This document shows, in pieces, positions 25,901 through 34,105 of a stretch of DNA of 38,393 nt. The stretch is from IMG/VR virus record IMGVR_UViG_3300032247_000374, positions 1 through 38,393 of that record; one strand, 5' to 3'. The position numbers were made by a program, and so were the translations under genes. The first letter of the stretch is position 1. Every line of letters starts with the position of its first letter. This DNA is from a virus. Lineage: Duplodnaviria; Caudoviricetes. Below the pieces are notes generated by a model that saw only the letters and a list, made by a program, of their open reading frames with translations, was not told the origin of the DNA and did not search any database.

Positions 25901-28662
25901 AGAACAGTGCTACAGTCTACACTCAAGGATTTGGCACAGATTATGTTCTAACTCTAAAGATGCCAGATGCTCCAGTGGGATCAACATATGCTGGTACTGG
26001 TGATTTCATAGACTTTAAATCGCCTTATCCTTCAATGGTTGGAAAGAACGGTCAGAAGTTAACTGTAGTAGAAACATATAATGCAGATTTAAATTATTGG
26101 ACTCGTCAGGCACAGTGGAAAGCAGTGATTGACGTAGGTTTCGACTATGCCAATAACAGATATGACACTGCCAACGTAGGCATGGGTCTGATGATGGATG
26201 CGTATGGTCAGATTCAGTGGAACACTATGGCAGGTATGGGTACCGTCATCGGTGTTCGCGGTGAAGCGAACGATTCTGACATTACCGTAATCAATTACAA
26301 CACTGCTGGCAACTCAATCGGATACATCACAAGCAATGGAAGAATTAACATTGCTCTGAATACGATTACACATTCGAAGTTGCCGGTTGTTCAGATGACA
26401 AAAGGTGGTACTGGTAATCCAAGTATGGGTTCTGGTTATCTATCCAGTAATGGTACGATTGTAATAGCAACTCCTACGATTCCAGGTAATGTGATCGCTG
26501 GTAATCTGTTGCTTCAGTACATGAATGTTCAACATGGCGGCACTGGCGCTAACAACAGAGTTGGTGCTATGATCAATCTGTTGCCTTCGTATGTTGGCAA
26601 TAATGGTAAAGCACTTCTAATCAATGCTGCCGCATCTGATGTTGAGTGGGTATCCGTTTCTGGTGTCGGTACAGTAACATCTGTTGGTATTAATGTACCG
26701 AATGATAATTCAATAATTATTGGCAACTCACCAATTACTGCTGCTGGTAATATCACGATGAAATTGGGCGAAGTACCAGTTGCGAACGGCGGCACTGGTA
26801 ATGGTGCAATGACAATGGGTTATGTGTATGTGAACGGCAATACTGCTGGTTCACGCATGACTTCAAACATCTATATTCCTGGCACAGCAATCTCTGGTAA
26901 CATTTCTGGTGCTTCTAGTGGATTAATTCCTGGCGCAATTCTTCCATTAAGAAATGGTGGAACTGGTGGTGGCGGATCACTTGATGATGACATCAGTAGA
27001 AGAAATGCAAAAGCAAGTTTCCTAAAACTAAGTACTGAAAATCCTAGTCATAGACAGGTTCTAACGTATTGGAATCCACCAGCATCTGGAACATTAGATA
27101 AGATTACATGGCAGTCATTATATTCGACACCGAATACTGATTCTTCTAATGCTGTATTTGCTAACACTCGTGGTTCTTATTTCACCAGCGCTGGCGGTAC
27201 ATCGAACACATATCTATTATCACCATTCTTACGATATAAACCTGCTGATCCGTATCAACCAACCGGAGACATTTCTCTTGAATGGGAATATCCATATCCT
27301 TCACCGAATGGCACCTCGAACACAGTTCTAACTCATATCGGTAATAATGAACTTGCATGGACTGGAACTTCTCAAGGTATCGTTCGTGATGTAGTCAGCA
27401 CAAGTTTCTTGGTTACAACTGCGAATGTTGGACAAACTGTTTACATTAACACTCCTGTAAATGGACTTGCAATTGCAAACGGTGGTACTGGTGCTACGAC
27501 TAGAGCAAATGCAGTCAATAATCTGTTACCCGTTCAGACTAATGAAAAGAATGGTTGGGTTCTCTTTACGGATGGCGCAAATGCATATTGGCAATCAGTC
27601 CCTGGAACTGGCACTGTAACATCTGTAGGACTAGCGTTTGATCCAGGTGAACCATTCTCGGTGTCTGGATCACCAATCACTGCTGCTGGTACTTTTAATC
27701 TTGCACTGAGTACAGTTCCTATCTCTAAAGGTGGTACTGGTTCTACGACAATTGGTGGTGCAAGAACTAATCTAGGTGCTGCAAAGTCTGGTGTTAACTC
27801 TGACATTACTCGTCTAACCGGACTTGTTACACCTTTAGCTGTGTCTCAAGGCGGTACTGGTACTAACACACTAACTGGATATATCAAAGGTAATGGCACT
27901 GGAGCATTCACTGCTGTAGCATCGATTCCTGCTGAAGACTTAGGCATCGGCACACTTGGTATGCAAAACGCTGATGCAGTCAATATCATCGGTGGATCGA
28001 TCGGTAACGTAGCACTCAGGCATGTTACTATTGGTAACAATTCACTTGGCATGTCTACAATTAGTTATTCGATCATTAAAGATTCTGTTCTGACAAGTAA
28101 CGTTAAAGTAACACTAGACTCAGCAACGATTACTGGTAACACAGTTCTATCTGGCAACGTAGTAATTCAAAGTGATCTAACTGTATCTGGTGACATTACT
28201 ACTACATCGAATCTACATGCAAATTATGTACAATCCGATAATGATGTAACAGCGAATGGCAATCTGATATCACTAGGTAATAGTAGAGTAGCAGGAACAG
28301 CAAACGTTGGATCACTAACAGCAAACAACGGTGTTTATTTAAATCCAATCTCTTGGATGTCATCAAACACATATACGACTTCCTCACTGTCACAAACTAC
28401 TGTTGATAGATTCTATGCACTTCAATTTAGAAGCGCTAAGTATTTTATTCAAATGACTTCTGGAACAAAGTATCAGGCTACAGAATTGACGTTAGTGCAT
28501 GATGATGTGAATGCATATATATCACAATTCGGTACTGTTAAAAATAATGTTATATTAGGCACTTTTGATGCTTCTGTTGTTGCGGGTGAGCTTATTCTTA
28601 AATTCACACCAACGTTTTCCAGTACCGTAGTGAAATTACATCGAACAACAATCCGCAAATAA
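19954..28662 (+). CDS. giant fibre/adhesin with about 12 putative Ig (He_PIG/cadherin-like) repeats, coiled coil and GGTG fibre repeats
   Basis: 2902 aa; repeated PVTATGG.G..TF.ISP.LP.GL.F...TG.I.GT; AN-heptads; DGV.L..DRVL..Q...NGIY domain; nine xxxGGTG motifs; C-terminal FRSAKYFIQ..VHD domain. Confidence 0.85.
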   Translation: MAIFYSPYPSTQPSTGYAQYSIGDYYVSNGAPVVLTKPAAIKLWSKYTGTNPSIPTSAPALISSVLITTKTLNVGQSVDFDIGSVYGGGAVASTYTGTGTFIGLSYTISPALPAGLTLNKVFSTITVGTSLYNNIVLSITGSPSVASPLTSYKINVTDSTGLSATLSFSLSTQSAVSILSLTKSVPTKTETVGVAEAGYTPVTATGGSGALTFTVAPPLPTGFSFNASTGEITGTGSAASATTTYTVTVKDSASPAQSKTETFSLSVDSIPIVIKTVIPTKVLQENINSGSFTPITATGGVGTLTFTVSPTLPNGLTFSSTGTITGTASVPSTPTTYTVTVKDSGSIPLSSTATFILSVDALTALSTTQVIPTTSLTKNVAVVAFTPVTGSGGYGTLTYAISPALPAGLAFSATTGAISGTPTVSSSVTTYTVTVSDQAAQSSNKTFSLTVAATTLTSTLDIPTKIITANVAVVAFTPVAANGGTGTITYSISPSLYPVLNFSTTTGEITGTASSVRGNSSFVVTATDQTPTSVSKTFYLTVNAPVPLVTTTVIPSQNVIAGDTTTAPFSPVSATGGYGTLSWSTTPTLPTGLSINAATGAISGTAASFVNANNYVVTVQDQANQISNSTFSLTVDSPTLLVKQAVPTKTIIKDVATEEFAPVTATGGSGVYEFTISRALPSGLSFSTSTGKITGTPTVIDGPRTYTITVRDTSNKTAFKTFTLTIEQAPAISTTTDIPVKTVIKLVDTVSYTPVTASGGYGTITFSITPTLPTGLTFSTTNGLISGLSTVKSANALYTVTAVDEISQNSKSSFYFTAINQPLLANKTTTSNTQLYRYLVMTPFTPVEAKGGSAPYTYSISPTLPPYVELNTNTGVLSGNAVNILSNTTYTITITDSESATNSNTFILGVTVPPALSANTVVPSVNATTSLALTSVTPVTANGGYQPLTYSIGPSLPTGLKLNANTGAITGLTTDLSSNTLYTITATDILLNSTYSTFYLTASAPKLSADVKYPTNTLVKYKQTNAFTPVAANGGFDPLTFSISPALPSLLSFNTSTGEITGTPSNTTSNTLYSVVISDSASQTAQSNFYMIVAETLPVPLETNLQVSNVDIYQGDVTSVLPVTGIGGTGTYKYSISPSLPAGLVFDTVTGTISGVASVNSVNSPYVITVTDEVPQSKSQTVYILVNTAPVSSVDRVARQIANSKASLAFYKIVANGNAITASSNADTVYINANVANGIIIVSNTTTKTINLSLSTIFANAGTYGANNQIPIITVGSDGRISNVVTANIDTTTANAAFAQANSATANANIAYIVANTAYAQANSATANANIAYIVANSAFAKANDGSTTAQAAFNAANTKFSSSGGTISGNVTIQNDLSVLGNVNFIGNVTSIAVTGNAGQFFGYAANGFNAFYAGIPVGYLVEGQIVQQLSANYDGYAGLNMQNINSGANASFDVFITADNGTSTEGYLDLGLASSNYDYIGDDFDLIKKNDGYLFTHGNTTTRGGNTIIGSIHNDVVITANGMGKSSEIVRITAGANGKTVIITGNLTSNSVNTKAISINGVDVASQINAAFAQANVVPTLQQVTEQGASTFIPVRIYNNTISSGITTGALIVDGGIASKQRISANTLVINGEANIGSILYLSGDLSMANNTTIRPARGNTTDSPLKFTPGTLKTNPLNGDFEFDGGQLYITVDANQRKSLATSDKVPFGAFLKPVRAVVTSNTSVTSVANNVSNLDKYDGVVLQQYDRVLFTGQDSPIDNGIYVFQGEGQYYVRSSDMSVNSNTVGGTMVAVSDGTSYQGTIWTLKTIDPILVTSDPLLWERTVSRDVISISNLSNSAGILTKTQDGSVVKRTITANSQAGLFVTNGTGANGNPQIDISVIPISHGGTGVTNTNDLLDALGVAGSGVNTNITELDGLTAGIRVAYGGTGSYDGRKSDGKSNSTAAYFGRLGAKKNLLLKPNQYGVTESGTYTDQLSWPSQNSATVYTQGFGTDYVLTLKMPDAPVGSTYAGTGDFIDFKSPYPSMVGKNGQKLTVVETYNADLNYWTRQAQWKAVIDVGFDYANNRYDTANVGMGLMMDAYGQIQWNTMAGMGTVIGVRGEANDSDITVINYNTAGNSIGYITSNGRINIALNTITHSKLPVVQMTKGGTGNPSMGSGYLSSNGTIVIATPTIPGNVIAGNLLLQYMNVQHGGTGANNRVGAMINLLPSYVGNNGKALLINAAASDVEWVSVSGVGTVTSVGINVPNDNSIIIGNSPITAAGNITMKLGEVPVANGGTGNGAMTMGYVYVNGNTAGSRMTSNIYIPGTAISGNISGASSGLIPGAILPLRNGGTGGGGSLDDDISRRNAKASFLKLSTENPSHRQVLTYWNPPASGTLDKITWQSLYSTPNTDSSNAVFANTRGSYFTSAGGTSNTYLLSPFLRYKPADPYQPTGDISLEWEYPYPSPNGTSNTVLTHIGNNELAWTGTSQGIVRDVVSTSFLVTTANVGQTVYINTPVNGLAIANGGTGATTRANAVNNLLPVQTNEKNGWVLFTDGANAYWQSVPGTGTVTSVGLAFDPGEPFSVSGSPITAAGTFNLALSTVPISKGGTGSTTIGGARTNLGAAKSGVNSDITRLTGLVTPLAVSQGGTGTNTLTGYIKGNGTGAFTAVASIPAEDLGIGTLGMQNADAVNIIGGSIGNVALRHVTIGNNSLGMSTISYSIIKDSVLTSNVKVTLDSATITGNTVLSGNVVIQSDLTVSGDITTTSNLHANYVQSDNDVTANGNLISLGNSRVAGTANVGSLTANNGVYLNPISWMSSNTYTTSSLSQTTVDRFYALQFRSAKYFIQMTSGTKYQATELTLVHDDVNAYISQFGTVKNNVILGTFDASVVAGELILKFTPTFSSTVVKLHRTTIRK
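20170..23520 (+). repeat. array of about 12 Ig-like (He_PIG) domains of about 92 aa
   Basis: Twelve S/AP.LP.GL-type motifs counted in the translation (first one divergent); boundaries approximate. Confidence 0.85.
23833..24027 (+). repeat. 63-bp coding duplication encoding AN-heptads
   Basis: actgcgaatgcaaacatagcatatattgttgctaa occurs twice, 63 bp apart. Confidence 0.85.
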
Positions 28663-28665
28663 ATA
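28658..28665 (+). promoter_or_regulatory. T4-type late promoter motif (AATAAATA)
   Basis: Overlaps the stop of the giant gene; followed by purine-rich AAGGGAAG and TTG at 28693. Confidence 0.65.
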
Positions 28666-28692
28666 TTATAAAACTAAAGGGAAGAATAGACC

Positions 28693-31443
28693 TTGGCTAT
28701 AATTCAAGCGTTTAATATAGATAGTGGCATTGCGGTAGGTGATGTTGATATCATTAATACTCAGGGTGAATTCACTGGGTATTTTTATGCAGCAAACACA
28801 TACAACGTCACAAGCAATGGCACATCATCATTCCTATTTAATGGTGCTGATAACCCAACACTATCACTGGTTCGAGGTTTCACTTATAGATTTGCAGTAA
28901 CATCGACTGGTGATCCTCTATGGATCAAGACAGATCAATCTGCTGGCAGTGCAAATGCATACGCAAATGTAATCAATAACGGTACTGATGCAGGGACGAT
29001 AACGTTCCCAGTTCCATTTAATGCACCAGATACATTATATTATAAGTCACAGAATCATTCTTCGATGGCGGGCACAATCTATGTGAAAGATGTTGGTGCC
29101 GCAGGTCCTGTTCTACAAGTTACCGGTACAGATGCGTCTATTTCTAATTCAACTGGTGCATTGACCGTCGTTGGCGGTACAGGTATTGGTGGCAATCTAA
29201 ACGTTGGTGGTGCTAATTCAGTATTCTCAGGTAACGTAACTGTCGGTAGAGTTTTAACTGCTAACATTCTAACAGCAAACACATTAGTAGTTTCTGGTAA
29301 TATTACTGGTAATACTTTAACTGTATTCTCGTTAAACGTTACATCTGGTGTTCAATCTACAAATGGTATTACTGTACAAGGTAACACGTCCACGTTTACA
29401 GGTAATGTTGTAATTGGTAACAGCAATACAACGATCAATACTACAGGTATACTAACAACAACAATAAGAGCAAATGCGATATTTGCTAACTATTACTTTG
29501 ATGCAAACGGTAACGTATTCACATCTTCTGGTAATACTGGTGGTGGTGGTGGCACAGTTGGTGGTGCATCTAATGCATTCACGCAGATTGCGGTAGCAGG
29601 ACAATCATCTTTAATTGCCAATAGTAATAGTTCAGTTCTGACATTTTCTTCTGGGACTGGTATTACATTATCAACAAATGGTATATCTAATACGATTACT
29701 ATTGCTACAACATATGGCAATACAGTACCATTTCTAAGTCAATCTTTTACAGCCAATGGTGCACAGACTTCTTTTGTTCTGAGTCAGACTGTTTCTGCCA
29801 CTGACATTTTAGTTACTGTTGAAAATATTACACAGATTCCAAACGTTGACTATACAATGTCTGGTGCCGTATTGACGTTTGATGGTCCACCAGATGCTGG
29901 CGCAGTTATTGCAGTGAGAACGTTCGGCACAGCATCACCACTGTCAAATACAATTCCAATTCTAACTCAGACATTTACTGCGAATGGATCACAGACAACA
30001 TTTCCATTAAATGGATATGTATTATCAACTGATTTATTAGTTCTTGTTGATACAGTGCCACAACAACCATTGACTAACTATTATGTTAATGGACTGAATC
30101 TAACATTCACTGATCCACCCGCAGCAAATGCAATTATCGACATTCGTACATTCGGTAACTCTTATGCTGGCAACGGATACACTTCTCTTACGGGCAACAT
30201 ATACACGGATAAAGTATATGCATCTTCATTCTATGCGGGTAAATACTATTACTATGATGGTACTCCATTTGCAACAAACACGGCAATCGCTGTAATCAAT
30301 CAATCGTTTGTTGCAAATGGCGCTCAAACAACATTCACTCTAACCAGTAATACAACTGCAACTGATATATTAGTTTCTGTTGATGGACTAATTAAACCGA
30401 TAGGTAGTTATACCGTTAACAATGGAAAAGTGTTAACATTTGGTACAACAGTTCCTGTTAATTCACTTATCGAAGTACGAACATTTAATGGAACATCTCC
30501 ATTAGTACAGAATGCGATAACATCATTTGCAGTATCAGGGCAAACATCTATTATGATAGATGCGCCAACACCAGTTACACTTGTTGCTGGCACTGGTATG
30601 ACTCTGACAACGAACAACACAACAAAGACCATCACATTCTCATCGTCTGGTGGTGGCGGCAGTGTAGGGACAATCGGTAACACATTCTCTAATTTTGTAG
30701 TATCTGGACAATCTCCTGTCGTAGCAAACAGTAACAATTCCACATTGACTTTTGTTGCTGGATCAGGAATGACGATCACGACAAATCCGTCAACAAATAC
30801 AATTACATTCGTATCATCTGGTGGCACTGGCGGAAGTCCTACATCCGGTTCTTTGTCTGGCACAAACGACACATTCACTGCTAGTGGTGTTCAAACTGCA
30901 TTCACAATAACTTCGGCAAATATATCGGCTAATGATATGATTGTCACGGTTGATTCTGTAATTCAAACTCCAGGCACAAACTATACGGTTTCAGGTAATA
31001 CTGTAACATTTACAGAAGCACCTCTTTCTGGTGCAGCAATCGAAGTTAGAACATTCACTACTGGTAGCACATATGTTGGTGATAATCTAAGTTATGTTTC
31101 AGCGAATACTGCATACCTATCAAATATTATTTCTTCTACATTTACATCTGCAATTCCTGTTACCACTAGTGCGACAACAATAGATCAGTTTGAAACTTCT
31201 AAGTATAGAACAAGTAAATATATACTATCTGCAACAAATGGTAGCGAACATCAAGCATCAGAAGCAATGATTGTACATAACGGTACTACTGCATACATAG
31301 TTACATATGCGACAGTCTACACTGGTGCATCTAAGTTGGTGAACTTCACATCTAGTATTTCTTCTGGTAATGTTCTACTGCAAGGCACTAGTTTATCTGG
31401 CACTAGTAATGTCAAAGTGCAAAAAACTTATATTGGAATATAG
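28693..31443 (+). CDS. modular virion structural/fibre protein with cupredoxin-like N-terminal domain
   Basis: 916 aa, TTG start; NPTLSLVRGFTYRF..VPFNAPDTLYY...H..MAG; four F.A.G.QT.F..RTF units; C-terminal YRTSKY..VHNG domain. Confidence 0.78.
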   Translation: MAIIQAFNIDSGIAVGDVDIINTQGEFTGYFYAANTYNVTSNGTSSFLFNGADNPTLSLVRGFTYRFAVTSTGDPLWIKTDQSAGSANAYANVINNGTDAGTITFPVPFNAPDTLYYKSQNHSSMAGTIYVKDVGAAGPVLQVTGTDASISNSTGALTVVGGTGIGGNLNVGGANSVFSGNVTVGRVLTANILTANTLVVSGNITGNTLTVFSLNVTSGVQSTNGITVQGNTSTFTGNVVIGNSNTTINTTGILTTTIRANAIFANYYFDANGNVFTSSGNTGGGGGTVGGASNAFTQIAVAGQSSLIANSNSSVLTFSSGTGITLSTNGISNTITIATTYGNTVPFLSQSFTANGAQTSFVLSQTVSATDILVTVENITQIPNVDYTMSGAVLTFDGPPDAGAVIAVRTFGTASPLSNTIPILTQTFTANGSQTTFPLNGYVLSTDLLVLVDTVPQQPLTNYYVNGLNLTFTDPPAANAIIDIRTFGNSYAGNGYTSLTGNIYTDKVYASSFYAGKYYYYDGTPFATNTAIAVINQSFVANGAQTTFTLTSNTTATDILVSVDGLIKPIGSYTVNNGKVLTFGTTVPVNSLIEVRTFNGTSPLVQNAITSFAVSGQTSIMIDAPTPVTLVAGTGMTLTTNNTTKTITFSSSGGGGSVGTIGNTFSNFVVSGQSPVVANSNNSTLTFVAGSGMTITTNPSTNTITFVSSGGTGGSPTSGSLSGTNDTFTASGVQTAFTITSANISANDMIVTVDSVIQTPGTNYTVSGNTVTFTEAPLSGAAIEVRTFTTGSTYVGDNLSYVSANTAYLSNIISSTFTSAIPVTTSATTIDQFETSKYRTSKYILSATNGSEHQASEAMIVHNGTTAYIVTYATVYTGASKLVNFTSSISSGNVLLQGTSLSGTSNVKVQKTYIGI

Positions 31444-31445
31444 TA

Positions 31446-31949
31446 ATGCCATTTAAAAGACTTAATATCACTAGTCAATTAGTATCGACAAATACAAGAG
31501 TAAGTACAAGCAATGTAACTGGTGCTTTGTTATTATCTGGCGGTGCTGGTATTAGAGGTAATGTGTATGCGGACAATATTGTATTGTCTGGAAATACTAG
31601 CACGATTAATGATGGTGGTGCAAATAATTTTACGATTGGATATAAAGCAATACCTCCAAGTTCAACATCATCCGGTAATCTAGCATTAACAGATGCAGGC
31701 AAACATGTTTATGTGAGCGCTGGCGTTACTGTACCACCAAACTCTACTGCTGCATTTGATATAGGAACAGTCATCACAATCGTAAACTCAAGTGCATCTT
31801 CTATAACAGTCACTCAAGGATCTGGCGTGACTCTTAGACTATCCGGTTCAGCATCTACAGGAAACAGAACTCTTGCTGCATATGGACTTTGTAGTTGCAT
31901 TAAAGTTGCAACAGATACTTGGTATATCTCTGGAAGTGGAATGACATAA
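31446..31949 (+). CDS. short tail-fibre-related/adaptor protein
   Basis: 167 aa; TGALLLSGGAG fibre motif then IGYKAIP..LTDAGKH..FDIGTVITIVN..GNRTLAAYG..KVATDTWYISG. Confidence 0.72.
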   Translation: MPFKRLNITSQLVSTNTRVSTSNVTGALLLSGGAGIRGNVYADNIVLSGNTSTINDGGANNFTIGYKAIPPSSTSSGNLALTDAGKHVYVSAGVTVPPNSTAAFDIGTVITIVNSSASSITVTQGSGVTLRLSGSASTGNRTLAAYGLCSCIKVATDTWYISGSGMT

Positions 31950-34099
31950 TGAGTGGCGTATTAGGCATAATGATGATGAATCAAACTGTAGCGCAAGTAA
32001 GTGCGACAGGTGGTCAAACAATTTACGACGGCACAGGCACGTTGGCAGGTTATAGATTTCATGTATTCACTGCGAATGGAAATTTTACAGTCACTAGTAA
32101 TCTTGGAAATAAAACATTTGATGCAGTATTAGTTGGCGGTGGTGGTGCAGCCGGGAGTTTTACTGCTCAACTTCCAGGTGGAGGTGGTGGAGGTGGTGGT
32201 GCTGTTGTAGATGTGACTGGAGCAATAGTAATCACAAACACACCATATGCAGTAGTGGTAGGTAGTGCAGGAACAACTGGACCAGGAGGTCCTATTCCAC
32301 AACCAATTATTCTTTATCCGGGCGGCGCCTCGACGTGGAATGGATTTACTGCTGCCGGAGGAATACGAGCAAATGGTCCTTCACTCGGCGGTGCCAGTGG
32401 TAACGGCAATCCTGGAAGCACAACGCCATCGTCAATTGGTGGAGGTGGAGGTGGTGCTGGTGGACCAGGACTTACTGGAACACCAGGAAATCCTGTAGGA
32501 AACATTCCAGCGCCAGGAGAGCCACAAGTTCCTTTCTGGTTAAATGGTGGTGGTGGACCTGGATACACATCAACAATAGATGGAAAACCATACGGTGGAG
32601 GCGGTGGAGGTGGTCCTAATTTTGGTCCAGCGCCTGTTTATAATGCTAATCCTAATTTTGCTAACGCTTATACTCCTACTGCAACCACATTTAACCCTGT
32701 ATCATACAGTGTAATATATGGAAGTGAATTTGTTCCAGGAGGTGGTGGTCTTGCTAGATCGCCTGGAGTAAACGGAAAAGGCGGCGGCGCTGGTGGACAG
32801 ATGGGTGGACCGCCGGGATATAATAATCAAATCTACCCTGGTGGTTCTGGTACGGTAGTCATTAGATATCCATATATAACAGCGCCTGGTGAACCTACAA
32901 ACGTAACTGCTGTTGTTGGAAATGGACAATCGACGGTATCGTTTACTGCACCAGTTGCTGATGGAGGCAGCGCAATCATAGATTATACCGTGACATCATC
33001 TCCAGGAAATATAACTGCAACTGGATCTGGATCACCTATAACAATTACAGGTCTAACTAACGGTACAACATATAAGTTTACAGTCAAAGCAAGAAACAGT
33101 GTTGGTTCTAGTTTAGCAAGTGCTGACAGTAATGCAGTAATTCCTGATGCGTCTCCTGTTCAAAATCTTGTTATTGCAACAGGTGGTCAAACGATTTATG
33201 ACGGAACAGGTGCATACTCTGGTTACAGATTCCATGTGTTCACTGCAAATGGAACATTTAATATTGCTAGCAATCTTCAAAATAAAACATTTGATGTTAT
33301 AATAGTTGGTGGTGGAGGTGGTAGTGGCGCTCCGGGTGCTATCAGCGGTGGTCGTGGTGGAGGTGGTGGAGGTGCTGTCTTAGAGGTTCCAACATTAACT
33401 TTATCATCGAACACTGATTATGCAGTAGTAGTCGGCGCAGGAGCAGCCGATGAACCAGGAGTTCCTCAACCAGCAATGAGGCCGGCTGGTCATAAATCTA
33501 TTTTCTATGGATACAATGCTGCTGGAGGATCACGAAACGCACCAGCTGCTGGTGGTACAAGCGGAAACGGAAATGTTGGCGGAGTTGGTAGTCCGAGTCC
33601 TCTTGGAAATTCTGTCGCCGGTGGTGGAGGTGGAGCGGGTGCTGCTGGAAATAATGGAAGAGCTTGGACAAATCCACCAAGTCCAACAGCGCCTCCGGGC
33701 TTGCCTATAGGTCCAGTATATGTTTCGGCTTTTGCCGGAGCAAATTATCCTACACCATATGAAACATATTGGAGAACAGGAAGTTGGGCTGGAGGAGGTG
33801 GATCTGGTTACACATCAAGTATAGATGGCAAATCGTATGGTGCTGGTGGTGCTGGAGGAGCAATTAAGGATGGAGCTGGAGCTGTTCCTTCTGCAGCTTG
33901 GAACGGCAAGTATACACCTGAAACTGATCCAACAGGTACTTCTTTCATTCCTGGCGGCGGTGGTGCTTTCATGACTCCTGGAGTAACTGGAACAGGCGGT
34001 GGTTCTGGAGGCACGTCAGGCGGTCCGCCGCAATACAGTGCTGATAACTTCTTAAATGGCGGTTCAGGCACCGTAGTAATTCGTTATCCTTATCCATAA
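31949..34099 (+). CDS. glycine-rich adhesin-like protein: Gly-rich domain - FN3 - Gly-rich domain
   Basis: Start reassigned to ATG 31949 (TAATG overlap). Two H.FTANG.F..VGGGG..GGSGTVVIRYPY domains flank an FN3 domain (PGEPTNV..VSFTAP..DGGSAIIDYTV..TGLTNGTTYKFTVKARNSVG). Confidence 0.85.
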   Translation: MSGVLGIMMMNQTVAQVSATGGQTIYDGTGTLAGYRFHVFTANGNFTVTSNLGNKTFDAVLVGGGGAAGSFTAQLPGGGGGGGGAVVDVTGAIVITNTPYAVVVGSAGTTGPGGPIPQPIILYPGGASTWNGFTAAGGIRANGPSLGGASGNGNPGSTTPSSIGGGGGGAGGPGLTGTPGNPVGNIPAPGEPQVPFWLNGGGGPGYTSTIDGKPYGGGGGGGPNFGPAPVYNANPNFANAYTPTATTFNPVSYSVIYGSEFVPGGGGLARSPGVNGKGGGAGGQMGGPPGYNNQIYPGGSGTVVIRYPYITAPGEPTNVTAVVGNGQSTVSFTAPVADGGSAIIDYTVTSSPGNITATGSGSPITITGLTNGTTYKFTVKARNSVGSSLASADSNAVIPDASPVQNLVIATGGQTIYDGTGAYSGYRFHVFTANGTFNIASNLQNKTFDVIIVGGGGGSGAPGAISGGRGGGGGGAVLEVPTLTLSSNTDYAVVVGAGAADEPGVPQPAMRPAGHKSIFYGYNAAGGSRNAPAAGGTSGNGNVGGVGSPSPLGNSVAGGGGGAGAAGNNGRAWTNPPSPTAPPGLPIGPVYVSAFAGANYPTPYETYWRTGSWAGGGGSGYTSSIDGKSYGAGGAGGAIKDGAGAVPSAAWNGKYTPETDPTGTSFIPGGGGAFMTPGVTGTGGGSGGTSGGPPQYSADNFLNGGSGTVVIRYPYP

Positions 34100-34105
34100 A
34101 AAATA

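Noticed and set aside
16442-31948. Track start codons at 16442 and 31919
   Set aside because: Non-ATG starts that overlap upstream genes; ATGs at 16469 and 31949 fit the tight gene packing better.
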